Notes: generated by a model not told the origin, from the letters alone. Numbered from the stretch's first letter, positions 27,286 to 37,820 are shown. The stretch is DNA of 64,000 nt from a bacterium (GCA_028820935.1 JAPPHZ010000021.1:6755-70754); one strand, 5' to 3'. Made by a program: numbers and translations.

Positions 27286-28265
27286 CAGCAGACCCGGGTG
27301 AACACGTTCTCGAGGGCGGTGCCGCCCTCCGGATACGGGCTCTCCTCGGCGAAGCGCACCGCGGCGGACACTTCCTCCCCGGTTTCCGCCCACACCTCCT
27401 CCCGGAGTCCGGCGGTCAGGAGCCCCTCATCGGTGAGCGTTCGTTCCCAGCGGAGGATCGGGTCCGCCCGGCGCCGCGCCTCCACCTCGGCGGACTCCCG
27501 GTAGACCTCGGCATCGCCCACGTAGTGGCCGCCGAACCGGTAGGTCTCCATGTTCAGCAGGGTCGGCCCGCCTCCCGCACGCGCCCGTGCCACCGCCTCG
27601 AGCGTCTCCCGGTAGGTCGCCGCGGGGTCGTTGCCGTCCGCCGTGATGCCGGGGATCCCGTACCCGGAGGCCCGGACCGAGAGATCGTCAACCGATGTGG
27701 TGCGGAGCCGGGAGGTGAACTGGGCGTACTGGTTGTTCTCGCACACGAACACCACCCCCAGGCGGTGGGTGGCGGCGAAGTTGAGCGCCTCGTGGAAGGT
27801 TCCCTTGTTGATGCCTCCGTCCCCGAAGAAACCCACCGCCACCTGGCGGGTGCCCCGGTAGCGGGCGGAGAGGGCGGCCCCCGCGGCGATGCCGAGCCCG
27901 CCGGCCACGATCCCGTTGGCCCCCAGCATCCCCACCGAGAAGTCGGCCACGTGCATCGAACCGCCCCGGCCGCGGCAGGCCCCGGTCGCCTTCCCGTACA
28001 GCTCCGCCATGACCGGGCCGAGCTCCATGCCCTTCGCTATGGCGTGGCCGTGGCCGCGGTGGGTGGAGGTGATGTAGTCGTCACGGTTCAGGGCGGCGCA
28101 CACGCCCGCGGCGATGGCCTCTTGGCCGATGTAGGTGTGGACGAAGCCGGGTAGCTCGCCCGCCTTGAACAACTCCTCGACCCGGGACTCGAACAGCCGG
28201 ATCCGCACCATGGTCCGGTGGATGCCGAGGGCCAGGCCGGGTGACATGGTCTGAGCGAGGCTCAT
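27285..28265 (-). CDS. 2-oxoacid dehydrogenase E1 alpha subunit (TPP-dependent)
   Basis: 326 aa with the TPP motif GDGGINKGTFHEALNFA...CENNQYA. Confidence 0.9.
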   Translation of the reverse strand: MSLAQTMSPGLALGIHRTMVRIRLFESRVEELFKAGELPGFVHTYIGQEAIAAGVCAALNRDDYITSTHRGHGHAIAKGMELGPVMAELYGKATGACRGRGGSMHVADFSVGMLGANGIVAGGLGIAAGAALSARYRGTRQVAVGFFGDGGINKGTFHEALNFAATHRLGVVFVCENNQYAQFTSRLRTTSVDDLSVRASGYGIPGITADGNDPAATYRETLEAVARARAGGGPTLLNMETYRFGGHYVGDAEVYRESAEVEARRRADPILRWERTLTDEGLLTAGLREEVWAETGEEVSAAVRFAEESPYPEGGTALENVFTRVC

Positions 28266-29014
28266 TGGGCGGTGTACCCCCCGTCGACGGTGATGACCTG
28301 GCCGGTGATCATCGCCGCGGCATCACCCGCGAGGAACACCACCGGGCCGGCGACATCGGCCGGGGTTCCCAGCCTCCCCAGAGGGGTGCGGGTCAGGAAG
28401 AACTCCTTCAGGTGCGGCTCCACCTCCCATTGCCTCCGCACGAGGGCGGTTCCTATGTGCCCGGGGGCAATCGCATTGACCCGGACGCCCGAGGGCGCCC
28501 ACTCGACCGCGAGGGTCCTGGTCATCTGGACCACCCCGCCCTTGCCGGCCTGGTACCCGACGCTGCCGGGGAAGCCCACCAGCCCACCGATCGAGGCGAT
28601 GTTGATGATCGAGCCGTGGCCCTGTTCGATCATGCGGCGGCCCACCGCCTGGCACGTGTAGAGGCTGCCCTTGACGTTGACGTCAAGGACCCGCTCCAGC
28701 AGTTCGGGTGGATAGTCGGCCGCAGCGCCGCGGCCCCCGATGCCGGCGCTGTTGACCAGCACGTCGATGGCGCCCAGGCGGGTGCTGATGTCCTCCACCG
28801 CCGCCTCGACCGCCTCCCGGTCGGAGACGTCCAGGGTGACGGCGGTACCCCCGACGGCGCTCGCCACCCGGCGGTTGGCCTCCGTTACGATGTCTGCGCC
28901 CACCACTTCGGCGCCGGCTGCGTGGAGCGCCAGGGCGATCGCCTCGCCCAGGCCGCCGGCCGATCCCGTGACCAGCGCCATCCGGCCGTCGAGACGGAAT
29001 CCGGGCAGGGTCAC
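28262..29014 (-). CDS. Short-chain dehydrogenase/reductase (FabG / acetoin-reductase-like)
   Basis: TGSAGGLG (TGxxxGxG) and YQAGKGGV (YxxxK) are present. It overlaps both neighbours by 4 nt. Confidence 0.85.
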   Translation of the reverse strand: MTLPGFRLDGRMALVTGSAGGLGEAIALALHAAGAEVVGADIVTEANRRVASAVGGTAVTLDVSDREAVEAAVEDISTRLGAIDVLVNSAGIGGRGAAADYPPELLERVLDVNVKGSLYTCQAVGRRMIEQGHGSIINIASIGGLVGFPGSVGYQAGKGGVVQMTRTLAVEWAPSGVRVNAIAPGHIGTALVRRQWEVEPHLKEFFLTRTPLGRLGTPADVAGPVVFLAGDAAAMITGQVITVDGGYTAQ

Positions 29015-29265
29015 GGGTCGATGTAGGCGAGGGTCGCCCCCACCGGGATCTCGTCATCGGAAGCGGCCGCCAGGATCTCGATGGCGCCGGCAGCCGGAGA
29101 CTCCAGCGCGACCTCGGCCTTCTCGGTCTCCACGATGACCACCTCCTGGCCCTCAACCACGGTGGCACCGGGGTCGACCAGCCATTCGATCACCACCACC
29201 TCTTCCACCACACCCATCTGCGGCACGGTCAGGGGTACTCGACGGGCAGGGTAGGGCGTGCTCAT
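29011..29265 (-). CDS. Stand-alone lipoyl/biotinyl attachment domain protein (84 aa)
   Basis: It contains VIVETEKAEVALESPAAG, a lipoyl-lysine motif. It is the first gene of the SDR-E1alpha-E1beta string. Confidence 0.75.
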   Translation of the reverse strand: MSTPYPARRVPLTVPQMGVVEEVVVIEWLVDPGATVVEGQEVVIVETEKAEVALESPAAGAIEILAAASDDEIPVGATLAYIDP

Positions 29266-29328
29266 CGGGGTGGAGACCTCCGGTGTCCTGGTTCTGGTCG
29301 GGCCGATTCTGCCAGGTTGGGGCCACCC

Positions 29329-30606
29329 TCAGGCGCCATGGCCGACCGCCTCCTCCTCAAGGACGCGAGCGCGGAACCGCCACAGCAACATCATCGTCAT
29401 GGCCGCCACGAAGTTGAGGGTCACAGCCGCCCAGGGCAGGTCATAGGTCCCGAACGTGTCCACGCCCCAACCGAATACCACCGGCCCGATGGTCAGACCC
29501 ACGGCGAACCCGAGCACGATCGACGCGGTGCTCTGTCCGGTCTGCTTGGGCTCCGACAGCATGATGGCGGCCATCATGCCGACCGACATCCACGAGCCGG
29601 TGCCCATCCCCACCAGCACCGCCCCCACCCAGATCAGGAAGGGCAGGGTATAGCCGGCCACCCAGGTGGCGACCAAGGCACCCGCGGACAGGGCGCCGAT
29701 CGCCAGCAGCGGGACCGAGGGATGTCCGGCTCGCTCTGCGATCCTTCCCCATAGCACCCGCCACAACGCGCCGGACGCGCCCGATACGGCGATGACCGTA
29801 CCCGCCAGGGCCACACCCATGCCGAGGTTCTCCTGGGCGTAGAGCGGAACGAAGGCCGAGTAGGTGCCCACGCCGATCCCCATGGTGACTCCGTAGGCCG
29901 AGAGCCACCGAACCGCACCGGGGAGGCGCACGCGCCGTTCCCCGGCGCTGCGCGCCGGAGTCCAGGCGGCGGGTCCGGCGGGCACGATGGCGAGGGTGAA
30001 TGCGATGCCCACCAGCGCCACCAGAGAGGCGAGTACCAGCGCCATCCGCCATCCGAGGCGGGCCGCAGTCACCGGCAGGGCCAGGCCGGTGGCCAGGATC
30101 CCGATCTGCACCCCGGACTGCTTGATTCCGGTTATCCACCCGCGGGACCCGGCAGGAACGTTCTCGACGATGATGTTGTTGGTCGCCGAGTTGGCCCCGG
30201 CGGCCGGGATTCCGGCTATCGCAGCGAACATCATCAGGGACCAGAAACCCCAGGAGAAAGCCATCGTCAGCAGCCCCAGGAACACGAACAGCAGCATCAG
30301 GATCTGGGTGTAGCGGCCGCTCAGGCGGTCGGCCAGCACCCCGAGCGGGATGCTGGTGATCATGATCGCGAAGGCGTGGAAGGTGGCGACCGCTCCGATC
30401 TCGGTCCGGGTCAGGCCCAGGTCATCGATGAAGAAACGGGACAGTATCCCGATGATCGGCCCGGGCGTCATCGATAGGGCCATCGCACCGGCGAGTACGG
30501 CCGAGAGCCCCACGAGGCCAACCCTCCGGGGTGCTTCGGGGCTCGGGCCGAGACGGTGGTCGATGTCGGAGTGCTCCCTCGGTGGCTGCCGCAGGAGGGT
30601 ACTCAC
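29329..30606 (-). CDS. MFS transporter
   Basis: 425 aa with ~12 hydrophobic spans and the D-R-x-G-R-like loop LADRLSGRY. Confidence 0.8.
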   Translation of the reverse strand: MSTLLRQPPREHSDIDHRLGPSPEAPRRVGLVGLSAVLAGAMALSMTPGPIIGILSRFFIDDLGLTRTEIGAVATFHAFAIMITSIPLGVLADRLSGRYTQILMLLFVFLGLLTMAFSWGFWSLMMFAAIAGIPAAGANSATNNIIVENVPAGSRGWITGIKQSGVQIGILATGLALPVTAARLGWRMALVLASLVALVGIAFTLAIVPAGPAAWTPARSAGERRVRLPGAVRWLSAYGVTMGIGVGTYSAFVPLYAQENLGMGVALAGTVIAVSGASGALWRVLWGRIAERAGHPSVPLLAIGALSAGALVATWVAGYTLPFLIWVGAVLVGMGTGSWMSVGMMAAIMLSEPKQTGQSTASIVLGFAVGLTIGPVVFGWGVDTFGTYDLPWAAVTLNFVAAMTMMLLWRFRARVLEEEAVGHGA

Positions 30607-30670
30607 CCGCCGGGCACGGGATCGCCCGCGCCGGATGGCGTCAAGCCGTCCTCGACACGTAGCCGACCAG

Positions 30671-31849
30671 CTACCGGTCCGTGCCGACCCTCAGCCCGGA
30701 CACGGCGCCGTCGGGCGCCACCCCCAGCCCGGGCGCATCGCTCAGGAGCAGGCTCCCCTCGACCAGCCGGGGGAAGGGTTGGGCCAGGCCCTCGCGGAGC
30801 GGGTTGGGGTTGGAATCGACTTCGAGCAGGCCGTCGCCACCCGCCGCCGCCAGCAGGTGAGCGGAGGCCACGACCCCGATTCCCGCCCCGAGGTGGTGGG
30901 GGCAGTAGCGGCGACCGGCTGCCAGGATCCGCCTGGCGACCGGCAGGCATCCCGAGATGCCGCCCCACTTGGTCACGTCCGGCTGGATGACGGCCAGCGC
31001 TCCGGCCTCGATGGCCCGGGCGAAGGCCGCCTCACCGTGCAGGTTCTCACCGCCCGCCAGGGGGGTGGGAGAATCGGCGGCGAGGGTCCTCCAGTCGGCT
31101 TCGGCCCGGTCGGCCGGGATGGGTTCCTCCAACCAGGCCGGTGCGTAGGGTGCGAGCGAGCGGATCATCGACCTGGCCTCGCCGGGGGACCACGCCTGGT
31201 TGGCGTCCACGGCGATGGTGGCTTCCCGGCCCAGTTCGCGCCGCATCCGGTCGAGGTTGGCGAGGTCGCGCCGCCTCCCGAAGCCGACCTTCAGCTTGAA
31301 GGCGCGGTGGCCCCGCTCCCGGGCCGCGGCGGCCTGGCCTGCCGGATCCTCCGGCCCGATCCCGCTGGCATAGGCCGGGACCTGTCCGCTCCCCGAACCG
31401 CCGAGGAGCCGCCAGAGCGGCAGGCGGGCCTGCCGGGCCGCCATGTCCCAAAGCGCTATGTCGATGCCGGCGATGCATTGGCTGAAGGGCCCCGGCTCGC
31501 CGGCCTGGATGCCCACCAGCCTGAACCGTTCCGATAGGTGATGGAACACGGCCTCGGGCCCGGGCCACGGCCTGCCGACGACGGCCGGAGCGAGCACCCG
31601 GGCGATCAGGTCGGCCCGGTAGCCGGCGGCGGGCTCCGGGAAGTTGCACCACACCTCCCCGTATCCGTGGACACCGTCGGTGGATCGGGCGGTCACTACG
31701 ACCGCCGGGCGGTCCGCCATCTCCCCGAAGGAGGTCCGCACCGGACGGGTGACGGGGGCGCGGTAGACGTCGACGGTCAGCGACTCGATCGCGAACGGGT
31801 CGACGGCAGGGAAGCCGGGGTCGTCGCGGGTGGTGCCGGTGGGACTCAT
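30671..31849 (-). CDS. Enolase-superfamily enzyme (mandelate racemase / muconate lactonizing enzyme family)
   Basis: The start is at MSPTGTT (ATG 31847-31849). It contains FKLKVG, VDANQAW and LEEPI metal/base motifs. Confidence 0.8.
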   Translation of the reverse strand: MSPTGTTRDDPGFPAVDPFAIESLTVDVYRAPVTRPVRTSFGEMADRPAVVVTARSTDGVHGYGEVWCNFPEPAAGYRADLIARVLAPAVVGRPWPGPEAVFHHLSERFRLVGIQAGEPGPFSQCIAGIDIALWDMAARQARLPLWRLLGGSGSGQVPAYASGIGPEDPAGQAAAARERGHRAFKLKVGFGRRRDLANLDRMRRELGREATIAVDANQAWSPGEARSMIRSLAPYAPAWLEEPIPADRAEADWRTLAADSPTPLAGGENLHGEAAFARAIEAGALAVIQPDVTKWGGISGCLPVARRILAAGRRYCPHHLGAGIGVVASAHLLAAAGGDGLLEVDSNPNPLREGLAQPFPRLVEGSLLLSDAPGLGVAPDGAVSGLRVGTDR

Positions 31850-31894
31850 GGGCACGAGTATGGTTACCGCCGTCGGCAAAGGCCAGGAAGGTCG

Positions 31895-34159
31895 ATGGGT
31901 TCCAGCACTGATTCGAGCGGAACGCCCAGGGGCGGAGGGCAGGAGGCACAAGAATACCCGGAGCCGGGCTTCGAGGGTGTGATCGGACCCGACTTCCGGG
32001 AGTCGGTTCCGTGGTGGCCGCCGATGGCGAACGATGCCCGTGGCAAGCCGGACGTGGTGCTGGTGGTGCTCGACGATGTGGGCTTCGCCGGCCTCGGATG
32101 TTACGGGGCCGAGGTGGAGACCCCGGTGATCGATGCGCTGGCGGAGCGGGGCTTGCGCTTCAACGACTTCAACGTCACCCCCCTGTGCTCACCGACCCGC
32201 GCCTGCGTGCTCACCGGGCGCAACCATCACAGCGTCGGGATGGCCTACCTGTCGAATGTCGACTCGGGATTCCCCGGACACCGGGGTCGGGTTACGAAGT
32301 CGGCCGGGACCATCGCCGAGGTGTTGCAGGGCGCCGGGTACGCCACCATGGCGATCGGGAAGTGGCACCTGGCGCCGCTGGAGGAGACCACCGCGGCCGG
32401 TCCCTACGACGAGTGGCCGCTCGGTCGGGGGTTCGGCCGGTACTACGGGTTCCTAGACGCCCTGACCGACCATTTCTACCCGGACGTGGTCGAGGACAAC
32501 CACCGGGTCGAGCCGCCGGGCAGGCCCGAGGACGGCTACCACCTGACCGAGGACCTGGTGGACCACGCCATCTCCTACGTCCGCGACCAGGTCTCGGTCA
32601 AGCCCGAGCAGCCGTTCTTCCTCTACGTGGCCTTCGGGACGGCGCACTGTCCCCACCAGGCGCCACAGGAGTACCTGGACAAGTACCGAGGGCGCTACGA
32701 CGAGGGCTGGGACGTGATCCGCCAGCGCCGGTTCGCCCGCCAGAAGGAGCTCGGGATCGTGCCCGAGGACGCCGCTCTCGCGCCGCTCAACCCCGGGGTG
32801 GAGGAGTGGGACAACCTGAGTCCCGACCAGCAGAACCTCTTCGCCCGGTTCCAGGAGGCCTACGCGGCCATGCTGGACCACACCGACGCCCAGATGGGAC
32901 GGTTGTTCGACTTCCTCGACTCGATCGGGCGGCTCGACAACACGATCGTGGTGGTCCTCTCCGACAACGGCGCCAGCCAGGAGGGCGGGCCGGACGGCGG
33001 TGCCGACATCGTGACCTACGAGGAGGACCGCTTCTGCACCGTCGAGTTCAACATGGAGCGGTTCGACACCATCGGCGGGCCGCATTCCCAGACCAACATT
33101 CCCTGGGGATGGGCGCAGGCCGCCAACACGCCGCTCCGCTGGTACAAGCAGAACACCTACGCGGGCGGGGTGCGGACGCCGCTGATCGTCTCCTGGCCGG
33201 AAGGGGTGGCCGACAACGGCGGGGTGCGCACGAGGTTCGTCCACGCCATCGACATCGCCCCCACCATCCTGGATCTCGTGGACGTGGCGCCGAAGGCCTC
33301 CTACGGGGGAGTGGACCAGATGCCCTACCACGGCGCCAGCATCCGTGACGTGCTGGACGATCGCGCCGCCCCCGCTCCGCGCGACCGGCAGTACTTCGAG
33401 ATGATCGGCCACCGCGCCATGTGGCACGACGGCTGGAAGGCGCTCACCCGGCACCGGCGGAACGAGCCGTTCGAGGACGATCCGTGGGAGCTGTACCACA
33501 TCGACTCCGACTTCTCCGAGTGCAAGGATGTGGCTGGGGAGCACCCCGAGAAGCTGGCCGACCTGGTGGGGCAGTGGTCCGAGGAGGCGGCCCGATACTC
33601 GGTGTTCCCCTTGGACGACCGCTACCTGGCGGTGCGGGCCTCCACCTTCACGCCCCCGGGGACCCCGAGGGCGAGAGACACGTTCTCCTACCTGGGGGGT
33701 TCGAGCCGGGTGCCCGGCGCCGCCACCCCCCTGGTGTTCAACCGGGACTTCAGGATCACGGCCCGGGTCGCTCCGCTGGACGCCGCCGAAGAGGGGGTGC
33801 TGGTGGCGGTGGGCGACGTGAGCGGCGGCTACGTCCTTTACCTGGCCGCCGGGCATCTCGTGTTCGAGTACTGCTATCTGGGTGATCGCCAGACGCTCAC
33901 CTCGTCCGGCCCGGTGCCATCAGGCGCGACCGAGCTGTCCTTCGGGTTCGAGAGGACCGGGGACTACCGGGGCATAGGTCGTCTGGAGGCCGACGGCCGG
34001 ACTCTCGGTGAGATGGAGATGGTCTCCATGGCCCGCGGGATGATCTCTTGGGGGTCTCTCAGCGTGGGAGCCGACACGCTGTCCCCGGTGAGCCGTTCGT
34101 ACGAGCCGGAGTTCCCGTTCACGGGCCACCTGGAGCGGGTCGACTTCGACCTCGGCTGA
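31895..34159 (+). CDS. Arylsulfatase (Cys-type, formylglycine-dependent)
   Basis: The start is at MGSSTDSS (ATG 31895); the listed 873-aa ORF is over-extended. It contains VVLDDVGFAGLGCYG and the CSPTR formylglycine motif. Confidence 0.85.
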   Translation: MGSSTDSSGTPRGGGQEAQEYPEPGFEGVIGPDFRESVPWWPPMANDARGKPDVVLVVLDDVGFAGLGCYGAEVETPVIDALAERGLRFNDFNVTPLCSPTRACVLTGRNHHSVGMAYLSNVDSGFPGHRGRVTKSAGTIAEVLQGAGYATMAIGKWHLAPLEETTAAGPYDEWPLGRGFGRYYGFLDALTDHFYPDVVEDNHRVEPPGRPEDGYHLTEDLVDHAISYVRDQVSVKPEQPFFLYVAFGTAHCPHQAPQEYLDKYRGRYDEGWDVIRQRRFARQKELGIVPEDAALAPLNPGVEEWDNLSPDQQNLFARFQEAYAAMLDHTDAQMGRLFDFLDSIGRLDNTIVVVLSDNGASQEGGPDGGADIVTYEEDRFCTVEFNMERFDTIGGPHSQTNIPWGWAQAANTPLRWYKQNTYAGGVRTPLIVSWPEGVADNGGVRTRFVHAIDIAPTILDLVDVAPKASYGGVDQMPYHGASIRDVLDDRAAPAPRDRQYFEMIGHRAMWHDGWKALTRHRRNEPFEDDPWELYHIDSDFSECKDVAGEHPEKLADLVGQWSEEAARYSVFPLDDRYLAVRASTFTPPGTPRARDTFSYLGGSSRVPGAATPLVFNRDFRITARVAPLDAAEEGVLVAVGDVSGGYVLYLAAGHLVFEYCYLGDRQTLTSSGPVPSGATELSFGFERTGDYRGIGRLEADGRTLGEMEMVSMARGMISWGSLSVGADTLSPVSRSYEPEFPFTGHLERVDFDLG

Positions 34160-34250
34160 GCCCGGATCGAGAGAACCGCTTCTTGTCGGGGGAGGCCGCG
34201 GCCTACTCCGACCTGTGGGGACCTCTTCGCTCGCGCAGTAAAATCGTCGG

Positions 34251-35567
34251 ATGGCCATGCCACCTACCGTTGCGACGCCATGGTGCCAGCCGGGATTCTG
34301 GGCCGGCATCCGGCCGCGAGTGTGGTCGGCTGTCGGGTTGTCTCCGGTCGCGTACGCGGACGAGGCCTTCTACGCGGACGAGCAGGCCCGGCTGTTCGGC
34401 CGGGCGTGGACCGGCGTGGCTCTTGCCAGCGAGTTGTCCAGGCCGGGACGGCTTCTCGTGCGGTCGGTCGCCGGGAAGTCCGTGCTGCTGACCCGGTCCG
34501 GGGATCGGTTGCGCGGTTTCCTGAACACCTGCCGTCACCGGGGGACCGAGCTGGCCGATGCCGACTGCGACATCGCGGGGGTCATCAGGTGCCCGTACCA
34601 CCGCTGGAGCTACTCGACCGAAGGCCGGCTGGTGGCGGCGCCGCTCTTCGAGGCGTCACCCCCGTCGGATTTCGACCCCGCCGACTGGCGTCTCGTGCCC
34701 GTGCGGGTGGACACGTGGGGTCCCATCGTCTTCGTCTGCCTTGACGAGGAGACGCCATCCCTTGATGTGTGGCTCGGTGACCTGCCGGAGCGGTTGGCCG
34801 GCTACCGATTGGAGGAGTGGGAGCTCGCCGACTTCGACGGAGCGACCGCCACGTTCGATGTCGGGGCCAACTGGAAACTTCTCGTGGAGAACTTCGCGGA
34901 GTACTACCACCTGCCGTGGGTTCATCCGAAGCTGGCCAAGGTGTCACGCGTCAAGGACCACTACCGCTACCAGGGTCCCGGGATGTACTGCGGGCAGACC
35001 ACCACGCCGGTCTCGAGCGACCAGCACGAAGACTGGGTGATACTGCCATCCGCCACCGGTTTGGGCGCATCCGACGCCGCCAGCGGTAGGTTCGTCGCCG
35101 TGTTCCCCAACGTCCTGCTGGCCGTGCTGCCGAACCACGTGTTCCTCATCCTGCTCGAGCCGGCCGGCGTGGGGCGGACCATCGAGCACTGCACCTTCCT
35201 GTTCCCGCCGGGCGCCGTGCCGTCGCCCGAGGACGAGCTGGGGCGGCAACGGTTTGCCGAAGCGTTCGAGACCACCCGGCGATTCTGGGTTGACGTGAAC
35301 GATGAGGACATCGACATCTGCGAACGGGTCCAGCGGGGCGTTTCCCGGGCCGGCGCGCCGCCGGGTCCCATGGCGCCTCGCTTCGAGGAACCCCTGAACC
35401 GCTTCCACAACATGACGGCCGATCTCATGACCCGCGAGTCGGTGGCGGATCTGGTGGTACCGGGCGGGGACCGGCCGGGCGACGTCGATCTCTACGGCAC
35501 CAAGCCGAATCCCATGCCGCCCCCCATCGAGGTCGAGGCCGCACGGAAGTCCCGCCCCAGCGCGTAG
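34251..35567 (+). CDS. Rieske [2Fe-2S] ring-hydroxylating-type oxygenase alpha subunit
   Basis: It contains CRHRG...CPYHRWSY (CxH...CxxH) and a C-terminal catalytic domain with ENFAEYYHLPWVH. Confidence 0.85.
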   Translation: MAMPPTVATPWCQPGFWAGIRPRVWSAVGLSPVAYADEAFYADEQARLFGRAWTGVALASELSRPGRLLVRSVAGKSVLLTRSGDRLRGFLNTCRHRGTELADADCDIAGVIRCPYHRWSYSTEGRLVAAPLFEASPPSDFDPADWRLVPVRVDTWGPIVFVCLDEETPSLDVWLGDLPERLAGYRLEEWELADFDGATATFDVGANWKLLVENFAEYYHLPWVHPKLAKVSRVKDHYRYQGPGMYCGQTTTPVSSDQHEDWVILPSATGLGASDAASGRFVAVFPNVLLAVLPNHVFLILLEPAGVGRTIEHCTFLFPPGAVPSPEDELGRQRFAEAFETTRRFWVDVNDEDIDICERVQRGVSRAGAPPGPMAPRFEEPLNRFHNMTADLMTRESVADLVVPGGDRPGDVDLYGTKPNPMPPPIEVEAARKSRPSA

Positions 35568-35728
35568 GCGGCTCCCCTCGAAGCGGGGCATCCGACTCCC
35601 GCTAGCCGCGCGCTCCGATCTCCTAGGCTGGGGTTATAGCGACTTGACAGCCCCATCTTCCGGCCGGTGTGCTGGGAAGATGAACAATCAGGGTTGAGGC
35701 GCGGCAAGTACGAGGAACGAAGGGTGTC

Positions 35729-36442
35729 ATGGAGTCCACGCAGGAGAGTCGACTGTCCGGGCTGTCACTTGTGGCGGGCGTGGTCTTGGTGGGTGTCGGT
35801 ACTTTCTTCCTTCCAAGGGGGACAGGTTCGAGAATCGACTACGTCCGCCTCGTGACGTTCAGGGCCGAAAACGCTGAACTCACCCATGCGATGTCGCTGC
35901 TGACCATCCTCGGCGTCCTGCTGTGGGTCGCCGGATTGGTCACCCTGTCACGAAGTATCGTCGCCGGTCATGGCACGACTGACGCCATGGTGCGTATCAG
36001 CATCGCCATCCTGCTCGTCTCCGCGGTCATGCATCTGGCGGTGAACGGCATCCAGCACATGATCGTCCACTTCATCAACCACGGTGTCGGGGAGGGCGTA
36101 GGAGCGGACCAGACCGACGGACTGACTGCTATGGCCGTCACCCTGCAAGGAGTAAGGGCCGGGCTGTTCATGATCAAGGAACTCTGCGAGACGGTCGGAT
36201 TCCTGGTCCTCGGCCTGGCGACATGGCGCAGGGTGCCCGCCGGCCTGCCCAGGATCGCCGCCGCGGCGGTGGTGGTCGCGTCTGTCGCCGAAGTGGTGGC
36301 GCTGGTGATCATCGAACACGCACACGACTTGACCGACAACATGCTGCCCATCCTCGTGGTAGGCGGCGGCATCACTTCCATCTGGCAGGTCCTGATCGGC
36401 GTCGGCCTTTGGAGGGGATCGCACAAGATGATCGCGGCGTAG
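35729..36442 (+). CDS. Hypothetical multi-pass membrane protein
   Basis: 237-aa ORF with ~6 hydrophobic spans. I recognise no family. Confidence 0.5.
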   Translation: MESTQESRLSGLSLVAGVVLVGVGTFFLPRGTGSRIDYVRLVTFRAENAELTHAMSLLTILGVLLWVAGLVTLSRSIVAGHGTTDAMVRISIAILLVSAVMHLAVNGIQHMIVHFINHGVGEGVGADQTDGLTAMAVTLQGVRAGLFMIKELCETVGFLVLGLATWRRVPAGLPRIAAAAVVVASVAEVVALVIIEHAHDLTDNMLPILVVGGGITSIWQVLIGVGLWRGSHKMIAA

Positions 36443-36620
36443 CCTCTGGACCTGAGGCGAGTTAGATGCGGTCCGAACTGTCGCCAAGAGTCCCGCCCAT
36501 GGTCTCGAGTGTGACCGGTCCCACCCGATCTGTTATTGCCGGATCGGCCCGCGAAGGCGGTGGCATCCTTCTGTCCTATGACGTGCGATGTCAGGACGGA
36601 TCACCGGAGGCGCCCGCATC

Positions 36621-37820
36621 ATGAGCGACGCAGTGCTGGTGGTCGGGGTTGGCATGACCCCGTTCGTGGGGTTCCGGGCCGATGCGAGTGTCCGGGACAT
36701 GGTGGTCGAGGCGGCGCGAGCGGCGCTCCTCGACGCCGGCGTCTCCGCTTCGTCCATCGATATGGGTGTTGCGGCGTACGAGAGCGACCACTTCAATCGC
36801 CAGATGAGCCTCGGTCACATCCTCCAGGACAGCATAGGGCTGGTCGGCAAGCCCACGCTCCGGGTGGAGGGTGGCGGCGCTACCGGCGCCCTAGCCATCC
36901 GCACCGCGATGATGGCGATCGCTTCGGGCACGGCCAGATCCGTGCTGGTGTTCGGCGGGGAGACCAACGGGAAGTCCGTCGACCGCGCCACCGCCACGGA
37001 GCTCCTCGCCATGTCCGCCGACTTCGAGTGGGAGACGCCGGTGTTCGGGACCTTCGCCGCTCCCTACGCGCTGATGATCACCGAGCACATGCGGCGCTAT
37101 GGAACCACGGCAGAGCAGTTCGCCGAGATCGCGGTGAAGAACAGGCGCATCGCGCTGGAGAACCCCGACGCCCACAAGGGCATGTCGATCACGGTGGAGG
37201 ACGTGCGCGGTTCGGCCCCTCTTGCCGATCCCTACCGCCTGTACGACGCCAGCCTGCTCAGCGACGGCGCGGCGGCTGTGCTGCTCGCCACCCGGGAGTG
37301 GGCGGAACAGCACTCGTCCACCTTCCGGGAGCGTCCTCCGGTGGCGGTCCTCGGTTCCGGGTCCTCCACCGACCATCCCCGCCTCTCCGACCGGTCCGAT
37401 GAGATGTTCCCCCACTTCGCGGCCAAGCGGAGGGCGGCTCGGGACGCCTACCGGATGGCCGGCATCGATGACCCGCCGCGGGAGATCGATGTGGCCGAGG
37501 TGTACGACTCCTTCAGCGGAGCGGAGTTCCAGGCCTACGAGGACCTCGGTCTCTGCCCGGTGGGAGAGGGCGGCCTGGCGGCGGCCGAGGGCCGCTTCGA
37601 CCTGGGCGGGCAGGTCTCGGTCAACACCTCGGGCGGGCTGCTGGGCAGGGGGTCGGCGGTGGGCGCCACCGGCATCGCCCAGGCGGTGGAGGTGACACGC
37701 CAGCTCAGGGGCGAGGTGTCCGGCGCCCGAGCCGTCCCGGACGCCCGGATCGGGATCACAGACACCCACGCCGGGGTCGGATCTCTGGTGGTGGTCAACG
37801 TGTTCGGGTGCACCGCATGA
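36621..37820 (+). CDS. Thiolase-like protein (SCP-x / lipid-transfer type)
   Basis: The start is at MSDAVLVVGVGMTPF, with a GGAGG SD 10 nt upstream. It has the thiolase fold and a C-terminal GGLLGRG...G motif. Confidence 0.8.
   Translation: MSDAVLVVGVGMTPFVGFRADASVRDMVVEAARAALLDAGVSASSIDMGVAAYESDHFNRQMSLGHILQDSIGLVGKPTLRVEGGGATGALAIRTAMMAIASGTARSVLVFGGETNGKSVDRATATELLAMSADFEWETPVFGTFAAPYALMITEHMRRYGTTAEQFAEIAVKNRRIALENPDAHKGMSITVEDVRGSAPLADPYRLYDASLLSDGAAAVLLATREWAEQHSSTFRERPPVAVLGSGSSTDHPRLSDRSDEMFPHFAAKRRAARDAYRMAGIDDPPREIDVAEVYDSFSGAEFQAYEDLGLCPVGEGGLAAAEGRFDLGGQVSVNTSGGLLGRGSAVGATGIAQAVEVTRQLRGEVSGARAVPDARIGITDTHAGVGSLVVVNVFGCTA

Noticed and set aside
34194-34205. 12-bp palindrome AGGCCGCGGCCT after the arylsulfatase gene, as a terminator
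   Set aside because: The loop would be only 2 nt, so it cannot form an RNA hairpin. It is short, GC-rich and expected by chance.
35645-35650. TTGACA hexamer upstream of the 35729 membrane-protein gene, as a -35 box
   Set aside because: No acceptable -10 element lies at 16-18-nt spacing.
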